Positions 10,684 through 18,984 of a DNA stretch of 64,000 bases are shown piece by piece. Location of the stretch: the NCBI GenBank assembly GCA_030612505.1, contig JAUWNU010000001.1, positions 1,233-65,232 of the forward strand, read 5' to 3'. The translations under genes and the position numbers were made by a program. The notes below the pieces were generated by a model. It saw only the letters and a program-made list of their open reading frames with translations. It had not been told where the DNA came from and did not search any database. Position 1 is the stretch's first letter. Every line of letters begins with the position of its first letter. The DNA is from Methanomassiliicoccales archaeon (GTDB taxonomy: Archaea > Thermoplasmatota > Thermoplasmata > SG8-5).

Positions 10684-11036
10684 AAAGAGACAATCGCCTC
10701 TACATACAGGATATTTTAGATGGCATTAATAAAATAGAGGAGTTCGTCGGGGACATGAATCTTGAAGAGTTTGCCGATGACGATAAAACCAGCAGTGCGG
10801 TTGTGAGAAAACTTGAAATCATTGGCGAAGCGACCAAGAACGTCCCTGAGGATATAAGGGAAAAATACAAAGAAATTCCCTGGGTTGATATGGCGAGAAT
10901 GAGAGATAAAATCATCCACTTTTATTTTGGCGTTGACCATGAGATCGTCTGGAAGGTTGTAAAAGAGCGGCTTCCGGAGATTAAACCATGGTTAATTGAA
11001 ATTATAAAAAATTGGGGGAACGAGTTAGATAGCTGA
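10680..11036 (+). CDS. hepT: HepT/DUF86 HEPN-family toxin
   Basis: DUF86 signature RDKIIHFYFGVDHEIVW (R-x4-HxY HEPN motif). Translationally coupled to mntA. Confidence 0.85.
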   Translation: MKRDNRLYIQDILDGINKIEEFVGDMNLEEFADDDKTSSAVVRKLEIIGEATKNVPEDIREKYKEIPWVDMARMRDKIIHFYFGVDHEIVWKVVKERLPEIKPWLIEIIKNWGNELDS

Positions 11037-11069
11037 AAAAGTCGATGATAAACGATTTCCTGAGGATTT

Positions 11070-11140
11070 TCTCGAGTGCTGGAAACGGTTCGAGGCCAGG
11101 AATTCGGATGCTGGGGCGAAAGATACTTAATGATGGGAAA
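11070..11140 (+). repeat. Right copy of the direct repeat flanking the mntA-hepT cassette. It carries the functional start of the DUF5678-like gene.
   Basis: TTTCTCGAGTGCTGGAAACGGTTCGAGGCCAGGAATTCGGATGCTGGGGCGAAAGATACTTAATGATGGGAAAG. Confidence 0.8.
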
Positions 11141-11393
11141 GAATATAGTTATGGAAGTGAATGCGATGAGAATAAACGCGCTGAAGAAAAAATACTCGGG
11201 TGAGTGGATGGCGATAAAGGTCACAAAGACTTCGCCAACCGGAGAGCCTCTTGAGGGAGAATTATTGCTCCGAAACCATGACCATGACAAACTATGGAAG
11301 AACTTGCCAAAACATAAAGGATTCAGAATTTACGTCACTTATGCTGGCAAACCCCTTGAAGAAGGATATGCAGCAGCTTTCCAAGTAAAATAA
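11130..11393 (+). CDS. DUF5678-like small protein (start at MMGKNIV; the ORF-track upstream extension is repeat-derived)
   Basis: SGEWMAIKV...GE.L..GEL resembles the DUF5678 family, which is commonly paired with retropepsin-like proteases in archaea. Its start overlaps the stop of the repeat-derived upstream reading frame. Confidence 0.5.
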   Translation: MMGKNIVMEVNAMRINALKKKYSGEWMAIKVTKTSPTGEPLEGELLLRNHDHDKLWKNLPKHKGFRIYVTYAGKPLEEGYAAAFQVK

Positions 11394-11410
11394 GCGATTA
11401 TCGGGGCATA

Positions 11411-11797
11411 ATGATGGATATACCGATAAATGAAGAAGAGCCAATAATCGTGTTAAAAGTGAATTTGACAGGGAAAACAGGTGAATACACGATAGACATG
11501 GCTCTGGATACCGGTGCCACTTATGTGATGATTCCTTGGTGTGTGGCAGAACATTTGGGCTATGAGCCTGCCGTAAGTCCAGAGAGGATTAACATTACTA
11601 CGGCAAGTACAACGGTCAAAGTGCCGCTGATAACGGTCGGGGCTATTGGCATAGGAGACATGACCGTGAAAAACATCAAAGTTGTGGTTCATGATCTGCC
11701 GCATAAAAGCAGGGTAGATGGCCTATTGGGTCTAAGTTACCTGAGAAACTTCGACGTATTCCTAAAATTTAAGAGCAATAAATTAACAATACTTTAA
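11411..11797 (+). CDS. Retropepsin-like (clan AA) aspartic protease
   Basis: Active-site motif MALDTGATYVMIP (hydrophobic-hydrophobic-D-T-G-A). Size of 128 aa fits a single-lobe retropepsin. Confidence 0.75.
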   Translation: MMDIPINEEEPIIVLKVNLTGKTGEYTIDMALDTGATYVMIPWCVAEHLGYEPAVSPERINITTASTTVKVPLITVGAIGIGDMTVKNIKVVVHDLPHKSRVDGLLGLSYLRNFDVFLKFKSNKLTIL

Positions 11798-11950
11798 TCC
11801 TGTAGTTTGATGTTTTTGAATCATCCTTGAGATAGGGAAAGGCCTGGATAATGAGCTGCTTCTGTCCGATACCAGAGTTCAATGCCGAACTGATTGCCAT
11901 ATTCATACCATTGGGAATGTCAGTAATGATTATTAGGAGGAAGAGAAAAT

Positions 11951-12031
11951 ATGCCACCACAGGGTAAGAGGATGAGTGAGGAATTTTTAAGGGCCTGGCT
12001 TGATTTTAGCACTAGAAAAACGAATCATTGA
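11951..12031 (+). CDS. Small ORF (26 aa) paralogous to the 10205-10300 small ORF, immediately upstream of the HTH regulator gene. Could be a leader peptide or uORF.
   Basis: MPPQGKRMSEEFLRAWLDFSTRKTNH. Preceded by AGGAGG at 11934-11939 and followed by a T-run. Confidence 0.25.
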   Translation: MPPQGKRMSEEFLRAWLDFSTRKTNH

Positions 12032-12067
12032 AGCTTTTTTATTTAACCCAATAACGCAAAATGCTTA

Positions 12068-12553
12068 ATGTATAATCGCATACTTGCTGACATGGATTTC
12101 GAGATTACTGTAAGCCGAAATGCGCCGCTGACCTCCCTGGACGACCTGGAAGAGGTTTGCGCTATTTTTCTTAGTAATATCGGGTACTTGCCAAAGGGTT
12201 ATGGCCCCCGTACTGGGGTATCTGAGATAAGGGAGAGCGTTCCGTTCCGCTTGTTTGTGGACTTTTTTTTACTGCGTCGGGACAAAACCTGGCTGGTGGA
12301 AGAACTGGCCCACGAGCTGAAAACCTCCAAACCCACAATTTACAGGCATATCAAGAAGTTGAAGAGCATGGATTTACTGGAAGAAGCTTATCTCGATACT
12401 GAAGCAGGCACACAGCGTAAGGGCTACAAACTGAGATATGGCAGCCTGGGAGATGCCTGGCATTTTGCCGAGGAACATGTTACAGTGGCAATGGCAAATT
12501 ATCGAAAGACTATTGATCATATTCAAACACTGGCAGAGAAAAAGAGGAAGTGA
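12068..12553 (+). CDS. Winged-helix (ArsR/TrmB-like) transcriptional regulator
   Basis: wHTH-like segment LVEELAHELKTSKPTIYRHIKKLKSMDLLEE. Confidence 0.5.
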   Translation: MYNRILADMDFEITVSRNAPLTSLDDLEEVCAIFLSNIGYLPKGYGPRTGVSEIRESVPFRLFVDFFLLRRDKTWLVEELAHELKTSKPTIYRHIKKLKSMDLLEEAYLDTEAGTQRKGYKLRYGSLGDAWHFAEEHVTVAMANYRKTIDHIQTLAEKKRK

Positions 12554-12557
12554 ATAA

Positions 12558-12848
12558 ATGAAGAAAGATGAAGAGGAAGACAATGGCGTGGTTTTAACAC
12601 CCAACTCAAGATACAGAATAAAATCCCTGGAATCCAGGGATAATCCACTGGTCACCAGCGGCAAGTTCATTGGCTACACCGCAATTGGCCATGACGAAGG
12701 CATGGCAATAGAGCTGGACAGCACCCATGATAAGGACAAGGGAAAGATTCGCATTGTGCCTACCCACACCATCATCTCAATAGACATTATCGAGGCAGTG
12801 GAGAAGGAAGAGAAAAAGCAGCAACGTTCCAGCACAATGTACGGGTGA
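12558..12848 (+). CDS. Hypothetical small acidic protein
   Basis: ORF with AGAGGAAG upstream. Ends ...STMYG, like the 13134 protein. Confidence 0.4.
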   Translation: MKKDEEEDNGVVLTPNSRYRIKSLESRDNPLVTSGKFIGYTAIGHDEGMAIELDSTHDKDKGKIRIVPTHTIISIDIIEAVEKEEKKQQRSSTMYG

Positions 12849-12858
12849 ACAATTGGCA

Positions 12859-12965
12859 TGGTCTATGCTTAGTTATCGTTAACAGAGGGTCTGAGTTTGT
12901 ATACAAAAGTGATAGGGTCTTTGCTTGGTTATTGTTAATTAGGGTCTAGGATATGCTGGCAATAA
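12859..12965 (+). repeat. Tandem 27-bp repeat array (about 4 units, same family as 28962-29115), ending in a terminator-like hairpin ATGCTGGCaataaaGCTGCCAGCAT plus T-run
   Basis: Units start with (A/T)GGGTCT and carry the core TATCGTTAA. Confidence 0.7.
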
Positions 12966-12990
12966 AGCTGCCAGCATCTTTCTGTTTTCC
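12948..12990 (+). terminator. Hairpin ATGCTGGCaataaaGCTGCCAGCAT followed by CTTTCTGTTTTCC, downstream of the 12558-12848 gene
   Basis: Perfect 8-9 bp stem plus T-rich tract. Archaeal terminators are mainly oligo-T, so the hairpin may be incidental. Confidence 0.35.
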
Positions 12991-13078
12991 TAACACCCTG
13001 AACCCAAACATAATCCAAACATGTTGCAAACACCCTAGCCCCTAGACCCTGAACCCTATACCCAAACATATTGTAAAC
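12991..13078 (-). repeat. Inverted-orientation copies of the same 27-bp repeat family (CCCTGAACCC/AGACCCT motifs)
   Basis: The reverse complement gives AGGGTCTAGGGGCTAGGGTG... The block CCCTAGACCCTGAACCCT is shared with 63751-63770. Confidence 0.6.
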
Positions 13079-13133
13079 GTCCAGTATCTAAGCCATGTAA
13101 TATTTATATCATGCAATTCATTAGAGGTATTGC

Positions 13134-13454
13134 ATGTCACACATATTCGACACCTCAAGCCTTGAAGGCAAGATTCTTTTACTACTGGTTGAGGTGTATC
13201 CAGTTACCATGAAGGACATATCCAATTATCTCAATGAATCAATGAAAAGAGTGGAGAGGAGCGTCCAGATACTTGCCAAGAAGGGACTGATAGGCCTGGA
13301 GCCTCTGCCAGATGAAATTTTTGTAACACTCACAAGTGGAGATTTTTCGTTCAAGGGAAAAGAAACCGAGCAACTGAAAAAGGTCCGGGAAAAGCTCAAG
13401 AAACAGCAGGACTGGCATCTGCCAGATGATGAAGATAATGTGATGTATGGATAA
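13134..13454 (+). CDS. Small winged-helix DNA-binding protein
   Basis: KILLLLVEVYPVTMKDISNYLNESMKRVERSVQILAKKGLI resembles a MarR/Lrp-like wHTH. Confidence 0.45.
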   Translation: MSHIFDTSSLEGKILLLLVEVYPVTMKDISNYLNESMKRVERSVQILAKKGLIGLEPLPDEIFVTLTSGDFSFKGKETEQLKKVREKLKKQQDWHLPDDEDNVMYG

Positions 13455-13477
13455 TGCTAAAAAGCAGATAGTTGAAC

Positions 13478-13515
13478 GCACTAGCGAATTAATAGCAAGC
13501 GTTCGACGATGGCAT
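13478..13515 (+). other. Conserved hairpin GTTGAACGC-(20-nt loop)-GCGTTCGAC followed by GATGGCATG. The same stem, with a 3-nt loop, is at 29118-29140 beside the 27-bp array.
   Basis: The 9-bp inverted repeat is conserved between the two loci while the loop length differs. Downstream AATGCC(A/G)TACTG is also shared (13530 and 29172). Confidence 0.5.
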
Positions 13516-13699
13516 GGCAACAATCTATTACTAAATTAAATGCCATACTGCTCATGGCAATCTGTAAGTAATAGGTGAATGCATAACTAAATCCAGCAAT
13601 AAAGAGCATTCGTCATGATTGATCAATGTCCAAGTAATCGCAATCAAAAAATTCCGTAATCTTCGTAACTAACAATCTACAAATAGAGAGATTATGGGT

Positions 13700-14248
13700 T
13701 TAATGCATTGACATTTCCATAAACCGCATTTCCCTCTGCTTTGTTTCTAGAAATCTGTAAACTGCAGAATGTTCAGAGCCTTCCAGTATCATTTCCACTG
13801 CCCGTCTGGACGCGTCCATTGACATGAGATCTCCGATTATTGCCACGGTGTTTCCATATATTGATAGTTCTGATTCAGATAGATCTTCGATAATTCGCCT
13901 GGTCTTGCCATTGGTGCCGATTAGTCTGGCGCGGATTCGTGCAACATGTTTGCGTTCCTTGCCAGCAAAGTCCCGGATGTCCACAATAGATAGATACATG
14001 TCTTCATTGGCCAGCTGCATTGCCCTGTCTGGAGAAAAACCTCTGGCTATGGCCGTGACAACATCCCTGGCAGCGAGACCCACCTGTCCTTCCTGAACTT
14101 TTTTTGCCTTGGGTATGACAGTTACCTCACCGATATTTGAGTCTATCTCTAGTTTCACGCCGCAGCTCCGCTCTATCTGGGTCTTGACTTTCCCGTCTGG
14201 GCCAATGAGCACACCAACGCGCTCCTTTGGGATTTTCACATAGAGCAT
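13700..14248 (-). CDS. KH-domain RNA-binding protein (archaeal Dim2/Krr1-like), downstream partner of RIO1
   Basis: KH motifs (IGPDGKVKTQIE, IGTNGKTRRIIE). Conserved archaeal gene order aIF1A-RIO1-KH. Confidence 0.8.
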   Translation of the reverse strand: MLYVKIPKERVGVLIGPDGKVKTQIERSCGVKLEIDSNIGEVTVIPKAKKVQEGQVGLAARDVVTAIARGFSPDRAMQLANEDMYLSIVDIRDFAGKERKHVARIRARLIGTNGKTRRIIEDLSESELSIYGNTVAIIGDLMSMDASRRAVEMILEGSEHSAVYRFLETKQREMRFMEMSMH

Positions 14249-14309
14249 TATTAATCCTCCAGTTTCACAGAAGGCTTAAAATGAAATTCTGTGTAATTTG
14301 TATTCAATT

Positions 14310-15101
14310 TCATTTTTCTTCCTCCAAGATATCCTTCATCAGGTCTTCTACTTCCACCTGGATATCGAACCGTTTAAAATACCTTGCTAAGTTTTTGATA
14401 TCTCGTTCTAGAAACTCTCTAGCCATTGGATGATTTGTTAAAACTGCCTGGCCAACATCGATTATTGTTGGGCCAGATTCGGTCATTAGGATATTGTACT
14501 CGGAGAAATCCGCATGAACCAGGCCGGCTTTCTTATATATTTTCTTGTAATTGTCATATAGAGTATTATACAATTCATCTGGACTTTCAATTTCAACGCT
14601 TCGTAAATGAGGTGCTGGAGTTTCATCAATGCCAATGAATTCCATTACGATAATATTCTTAACGCATGTAATTGGCTTTGGAACTATGATGCCATTGGTG
14701 TGCATTCTTTCCAGATTTCTGAATTCCTTCTGTGCCCATAGATGAATGGTCCTTCTCTTGTTCTTGCCAACACTGCGAAAACGCATATCGCCAGTAATGT
14801 ATTTTTGAATATTATTGAATGTGGAATTTGACATCCTGTAAATCTTCACAGCAACATAGTCGCCATCAATAGTTGTGGCTCTGAAAACATTCCCTTCCTT
14901 GCCAGTGGCAATTGGAAAGTCCAGAGTATCAAAATAGCCCTTTGTGGTGAGGCCGTAGATGGTCATGAGGGTTTCATGGTCAAATACCTCATCGTAGATT
15001 TTTCTGTCCTCTAAATTCTTCTCACGAAAACGATAGGCAAGCACCTTTTTTTCAAGCTCCCTGAGCTTTTTGTCATCAATCTTCATATGACCTTCCAGCA
15101 C
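14310..15101 (-). CDS. rio1: RIO-type serine/threonine protein kinase (Rio1)
   Basis: RIO signature LVHADFSEYNILM, flexible loop and ATP-binding lysine region. Adjacent to aIF-1A. Confidence 0.85.
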   Translation of the reverse strand: MLEGHMKIDDKKLRELEKKVLAYRFREKNLEDRKIYDEVFDHETLMTIYGLTTKGYFDTLDFPIATGKEGNVFRATTIDGDYVAVKIYRMSNSTFNNIQKYITGDMRFRSVGKNKRRTIHLWAQKEFRNLERMHTNGIIVPKPITCVKNIIVMEFIGIDETPAPHLRSVEIESPDELYNTLYDNYKKIYKKAGLVHADFSEYNILMTESGPTIIDVGQAVLTNHPMAREFLERDIKNLARYFKRFDIQVEVEDLMKDILEEEK

Positions 15102-15431
15102 CTAGAAAATATTTATTTCTTCGGGAATGACTCCGCGTCTGGCCAAATTGGATGCCTGTGTCCTTGTGTACCTGTAAATTATATCGGATTTTTCATCCTG
15201 GAATTCCCATGGCCGGATTATGAGCAAATCACCCTCACGAATCCACATTCGTTTCTTCAGCTTACCACGTATTCGGCCCATTCTGGACTTGCCATCAGCG
15301 CATATCACCTTTATTTTGGAAGCACCCATGAGCTGGTCAGCTATGGCGAACATTTCTCGTTTGATCTCCTTGGGCATTGGCGATCTTACCTGTTCGTCAG
15401 GTGTTCCGGGTTTCTTACCTTTATATACCAT
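15102..15431 (-). CDS. eif1a: Translation initiation factor aIF-1A
   Basis: S1-like OB fold RMGRIRGKLKKRMWIREGDLLIIRPWEFQDEKSDIIYRY. Probably leaderless, with the TATA box 24-33 nt upstream. Confidence 0.9.
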   Translation of the reverse strand: MVYKGKKPGTPDEQVRSPMPKEIKREMFAIADQLMGASKIKVICADGKSRMGRIRGKLKKRMWIREGDLLIIRPWEFQDEKSDIIYRYTRTQASNLARRGVIPEEINIF

Positions 15432-15454
15432 TCAGACCCACATAAGACTGGTCT

Positions 15455-15464
15455 AATATAAAAG
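15455..15464 (-). promoter_or_regulatory. TATA box (TTTATATT on the minus strand) for the aIF1A-RIO1-KH operon
   Basis: AT-rich octamer 24-33 nt upstream of the aIF1A start codon, consistent with leaderless archaeal transcription. Confidence 0.5.
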
Positions 15465-15748
15465 ATGTACTGGAGTATTTTTGTGAAATTATCTGCGCTG
15501 GCTCACTGAACATGTCCGAGCAGGATGCGCGAATTCTTTCGGAATTCAAGCCAGTAACACCCATGCGATTTGTGAGTGTTACTGTCGAACCTTCAGGTTT
15601 GCGGATGAAGCGAGGAATGGTTCAGTATCAGGGCTTCTCTGGGTTTTAACCCAGAGAAGTGCTTCCCACTCTAAGAATTCCGTTAGACATCCCTGAATAT
15701 CATTGATGACAGTATAACCAATTTTCATATGTCATTCAATGTAAAACT

Positions 15749-15818
15749 GATAGGGATGCCGCTGCTTTCGGGCGTTAACCCGAAAGCAGACCACCCTTTA
15801 GGGTTGGGGAGCCCTCAC
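15749..15818 (+). repeat. Copy 1 of a approx. 70-nt GC-rich hairpin element (GATAGGGATGCC-GCTGCTTTCGGG-cgttaa-CCCGAAAGCAGACC-ACCCTTTAGGGTTGGGGAGCCCTCA)
   Basis: Near-identical to 27855-27921. The linked motif GAACCTTCAGGTTTGCGGAT at 15586-15606 also recurs at 27761-27781. Confidence 0.7.
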
Positions 15819-16222
15819 CTTTCGCAAAAAGAAATATTCGGTAAAGAAAAACTCCAGGTGAGTCCTGCTCGATAATTTGAATGGCCAGAAAGGTTATTTC
15901 ATTGAAAGAAATATCTTGACTGGGGAAAGAGAATGCGCGGGAAGAAGATACGGGCTCCTGCATCGGGGAAGGCCAGTGTCTGCTATTGTCTTCAGCATAA
16001 CCTCCCTGGGCGCTTTGATGGCATTCGGGTGAAGTGAGAGTTAATTGACCCGAAAATTAATTACGGCACAAAGAAATCTCCTGGTCGAGGAAAGGGCCTC
16101 CAGGTGAGTTTTTGGAAACTTTCAAGATCTCTCTCCAGCCCAGGGGCTCCCTCAAAAACTCGGGGAAAAGGTTTTATTCGTTCCGGCAATGTCTGACCTT
16201 CAATAACTTGGAGTTGACTTGA

Positions 16223-17419
16223 ATGGCAAGGAACATAGTCGTAGAACTACTAAGCGCAAAATACATCGAGACGCAGGATGTGGAGATAGTAGAGAGAAAG
16301 GGTATCGGCCACCCGGACAGTATAGCAGATGGACTGGCTGAGTCTGTATCACGATCATTATGTAAGATGTACATCAAGAAGTACGGTCACATTTTGCATC
16401 ACAATACCGATGAATGTCAGATTGTCGGAGGCCAGAGTGCTCCAAAATTCGGCGCTGGAGTGATTCTTGAGCCAGCCCAGATAATTCTGGTAGGCAGGGC
16501 AACAACCGAGGTTGACGGAGAGCGTCTTCCTTACAGGGCAGTGGCATTAAAGGCAGCCAGGGACTATCTGAAGAAGCATATGACTCACCTGGACGTTGAT
16601 ATTGACGTTACTCTGGAATGCCGTATTGGTCAGGGTTCTGTGGACTTGAGGGGTGTTTATGACACAGGCAAGTTCCTTTCCAATGATACCTCATTCGGCT
16701 GCGGATTCGCCCCTCTCAGCGAGACTGAGCGCATAGTTCTGGAGACAGAGCAGTTTATTAATGGTAGGCTGAAAAAATCCATGCCAGAAGTTGGTGAGGA
16801 TGTCAAAGTCATGGCCTCCAGGATGAAGGATAAAATCAGCATAACAATTGCAGCAGCAATGGTTAGCTCTGAAATTCCGGACAAGAGCCATTACAAGAGC
16901 GTGGTAAAGGAGCTTAATGAGAAGGCACTGGCTCATGCATCACATTTTACAGAAAGAGATTTGCATGTTGATGTCAACACAGCTGACGATTACAAGAAGG
17001 GAAATTATTACCTCACCGTGACCGGTCTTTCAATGGAGAACGGTGATGATGGTTCAGTAGGTCGTGGAAACCGCGCTAATGGTCTAATAACACCATACAG
17101 GCCAATGAGCATGGAAGCCACAGCCGGAAAGAATCCAGTTACCCATGTTGGAAAGATGTACAATATTCTGGCCAATAAGATAGCCGAGGACATTATAAAG
17201 GAGACTAAGGGTGACGTTTTGGAAGTTCATGTGCGCCTGCTTTCACAGATTGGCGCGCCAATCGATAATCCACAGATGGCCAGTGTACAGGTTGTTCTGG
17301 CAGATGGCGTGAAAATGGACAAGGTCAAGAAGGATATGACTGGTGTTGTAGACAATAGCCTGGAAAATATCTCCAATATCACCGACCTTATCGTGAAGGG
17401 CAAAGTCACAACCTTCTGA
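16223..17419 (+). CDS. mat: Archaeal-type S-adenosylmethionine synthetase (methionine adenosyltransferase)
   Basis: N-terminal [21 protein letters not shown] and overall architecture typical of archaeal MAT. About 400 aa. Confidence 0.9.
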   Translation: MARNIVVELLSAKYIETQDVEIVERKGIGHPDSIADGLAESVSRSLCKMYIKKYGHILHHNTDECQIVGGQSAPKFGAGVILEPAQIILVGRATTEVDGERLPYRAVALKAARDYLKKHMTHLDVDIDVTLECRIGQGSVDLRGVYDTGKFLSNDTSFGCGFAPLSETERIVLETEQFINGRLKKSMPEVGEDVKVMASRMKDKISITIAAAMVSSEIPDKSHYKSVVKELNEKALAHASHFTERDLHVDVNTADDYKKGNYYLTVTGLSMENGDDGSVGRGNRANGLITPYRPMSMEATAGKNPVTHVGKMYNILANKIAEDIIKETKGDVLEVHVRLLSQIGAPIDNPQMASVQVVLADGVKMDKVKKDMTGVVDNSLENISNITDLIVKGKVTTF

Positions 17420-18018
17420 TGCCCATGTTTGAATTAGAGCTGGCCAGCAGAGGCGGCGCCCCGCTGTTCCAGCCCTTTCACATACTCAAGGCACTGTGGA
17501 TAATTCGGCAGGCTGAAATTATAGGCAGGAAAGAACTATCAGCGAAGCTGGCCATCGGAGAGGGCAGCACTCGCAAACTTATCGCTTACCTTGAAGAAAA
17601 GGACTGGGCCAGTTCAACCAGGCAGGGCATTTCTCTCACATCTTCCGCTAATAAATTGCTTGATGATATTGGCATACTGGCCAGCGAGGTCCATACAGGC
17701 GACCTCACAGTGGATGAACATGATTTTGCAGTACGCCTGAAGAATACCTCTAAGCTAGTAGGAAAAGGCATTGAGCAAAGGGACGAGGCCATGAAGGCTG
17801 GAGCAACCGGCGCAACAACTTTGGTTTACAGGGATAAGCTTGTTCTGTCAGATGACCCCGATACTGATTGCGGCATGCCTGAACTATGTCACAAACTCAC
17901 TGAGATGTTCGAATTGACATCAGGGGATGTGTTGATAGTTGGCTCTGGCCCAACACTGGCATCTGCAGAGGACGGGGCCTTTGCTGCAACAGTATTAACA
18001 CTAATCAATAAAAAATGA
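17419..18018 (+). CDS. Conserved hypothetical protein with an N-terminal wHTH-like region, start-stop overlapped with mat
   Basis: TGATG coupling to mat. ILKALWIIRQAEIIGRKELSAKLAIGEGSTRKLIAYLEE is HTH-like. Confidence 0.5.
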   Translation: MPMFELELASRGGAPLFQPFHILKALWIIRQAEIIGRKELSAKLAIGEGSTRKLIAYLEEKDWASSTRQGISLTSSANKLLDDIGILASEVHTGDLTVDEHDFAVRLKNTSKLVGKGIEQRDEAMKAGATGATTLVYRDKLVLSDDPDTDCGMPELCHKLTEMFELTSGDVLIVGSGPTLASAEDGAFAATVLTLINKK

Positions 18019-18060
18019 AAACAAGAAAAGGTTGCGATTTCTCGCATTATTTGTTCAATA

Positions 18061-18459
18061 TTAGAAAAGGCCACCGACGCCCATTCTTATAGACCATGCT
18101 AGCACATAAAGTCCAAATCCAAATCCTGCTGCTCTAAGCATATGTGAACTTGTACTCTCTGCCAGGTCGGTTCTTGTTATTCCACCTATTATCAACAGAG
18201 TAAGAATGGCTATTATCCCCAAGTCTACTAGTAGTGTTCCCAGGAATCGAATAGCATCTATGTCACCAGTCAGCATTCCAGAAAAGCACATATCCAGAAT
18301 CAAAGCTCCCAATGCTAGCATTCCTGCACTGAGCAAAAGGAACAATCCTAGCTTACCCGGTCCAACAAAATGGTCATGAATATTTGTCGTTTGGCTCTGT
18401 TGTACTGGTTGCTGATACTGTGGCTGGGGTGGTGGTTGTTGATATGTTTGGTCAGTCAT
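18061..18459 (-). CDS. Membrane protein with an N-terminal Q/P-rich tail (QQPPPQPQYQQPVQQ) and 3 TM helices
   Basis: Low-complexity N-terminus plus hydrophobic helices. Paralogous N-terminal style to the 19535 gene. Confidence 0.5.
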   Translation of the reverse strand: MTDQTYQQPPPQPQYQQPVQQSQTTNIHDHFVGPGKLGLFLLLSAGMLALGALILDMCFSGMLTGDIDAIRFLGTLLVDLGIIAILTLLIIGGITRTDLAESTSSHMLRAAGFGFGLYVLAWSIRMGVGGLF

Positions 18460-18642
18460 AATTATCTCTCCATTTTTTACCTTTCATATTCAGATTAAGG
18501 TAATACTTGTAATAAGTTCTAGATATATTAATATTTCTATTGACTAAATAAAAATCAAAAATAATTCCCGTTTTCACTAATCAATAAAAAAATTTAAAAG
18601 TAAGAAGTGCGGAATGTTCCGCATTCATGTCAGTAATTTAAC

Positions 18643-18960
18643 TTACTGGACATTCTTTCCACAGTGTGGGCAGTTGTTGAAGTTCACCGGAATTTGCTGT
18701 CCGCATCCCATGCAGGTCCTCTGTTGTCCCTGTGCTGGTGGTGGCGGTGGTGCTGCTCCTGGTGGTGGTGGCGGCGGTTGCTGATAATACTGTGGGGCCC
18801 TTTCTTCATACTTCACAAAGAAGTAAATTAGAGCGCCTGGCCAACAGAAAATAAGCAGGATAACGAATAATACCCAACTACCTGTAAATTCTTTTCCCAT
18901 ATGTTCACATCTCCTATTTTTTGTGTTTTTACTTGTTTTGGATTTCACAAAAGATTGCAC
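18643..18960 (-). CDS. Single-pass membrane protein with a poly-proline linker and a C-terminal zinc ribbon
   Basis: TM FTGSWVLFVILLIFCWPGALIYFFV, then QQPPPPPPGAAPPPPPAQGQQ, then CMGCGQQIPVNFNNCPHCGK. Confidence 0.65.
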   Translation of the reverse strand: MQSFVKSKTSKNTKNRRCEHMGKEFTGSWVLFVILLIFCWPGALIYFFVKYEERAPQYYQQPPPPPPGAAPPPPPAQGQQRTCMGCGQQIPVNFNNCPHCGKNVQ

Positions 18961-18984
18961 TGATGCTATTAATAACTATCACCT

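Larger units (their letters stand above)
15440..16220. ncRNA. GC-rich, hairpin-dense 780-bp intergenic region, a candidate for structured non-coding RNA(s). Strand and identity are unresolved.
   Basis: Multiple perfect stems (GAATTCtttcGGAATTC, CAGTAACAC..GTGTTACTG, CTTCTCTGGGttttaaCCCAGAGAAG, GCTGCTTTCGGGcgttaaCCCGAAAGCAGa) in an otherwise AT-rich genome. No credible ORF. Contains a copy of the repeated 70-nt element. Confidence 0.35.

Noticed and set aside
13700-15431. aIF1A-RIO1-KH gene trio as something unusual
   Set aside because: This is a widely conserved archaeal operon, so it is ordinary housekeeping context.
15440-16220. Assignment of the structured intergenic region to RNase P RNA or SRP RNA
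   Set aside because: Only approximate matches to the universal motifs (GAGGAAAGGGCC versus GGAAAGUCCGGGC; no clear ACAGAAACCGGCUUA or SRP helix-8 GGAAGGGAGCA) could be found by eye. It needs a covariance-model search.
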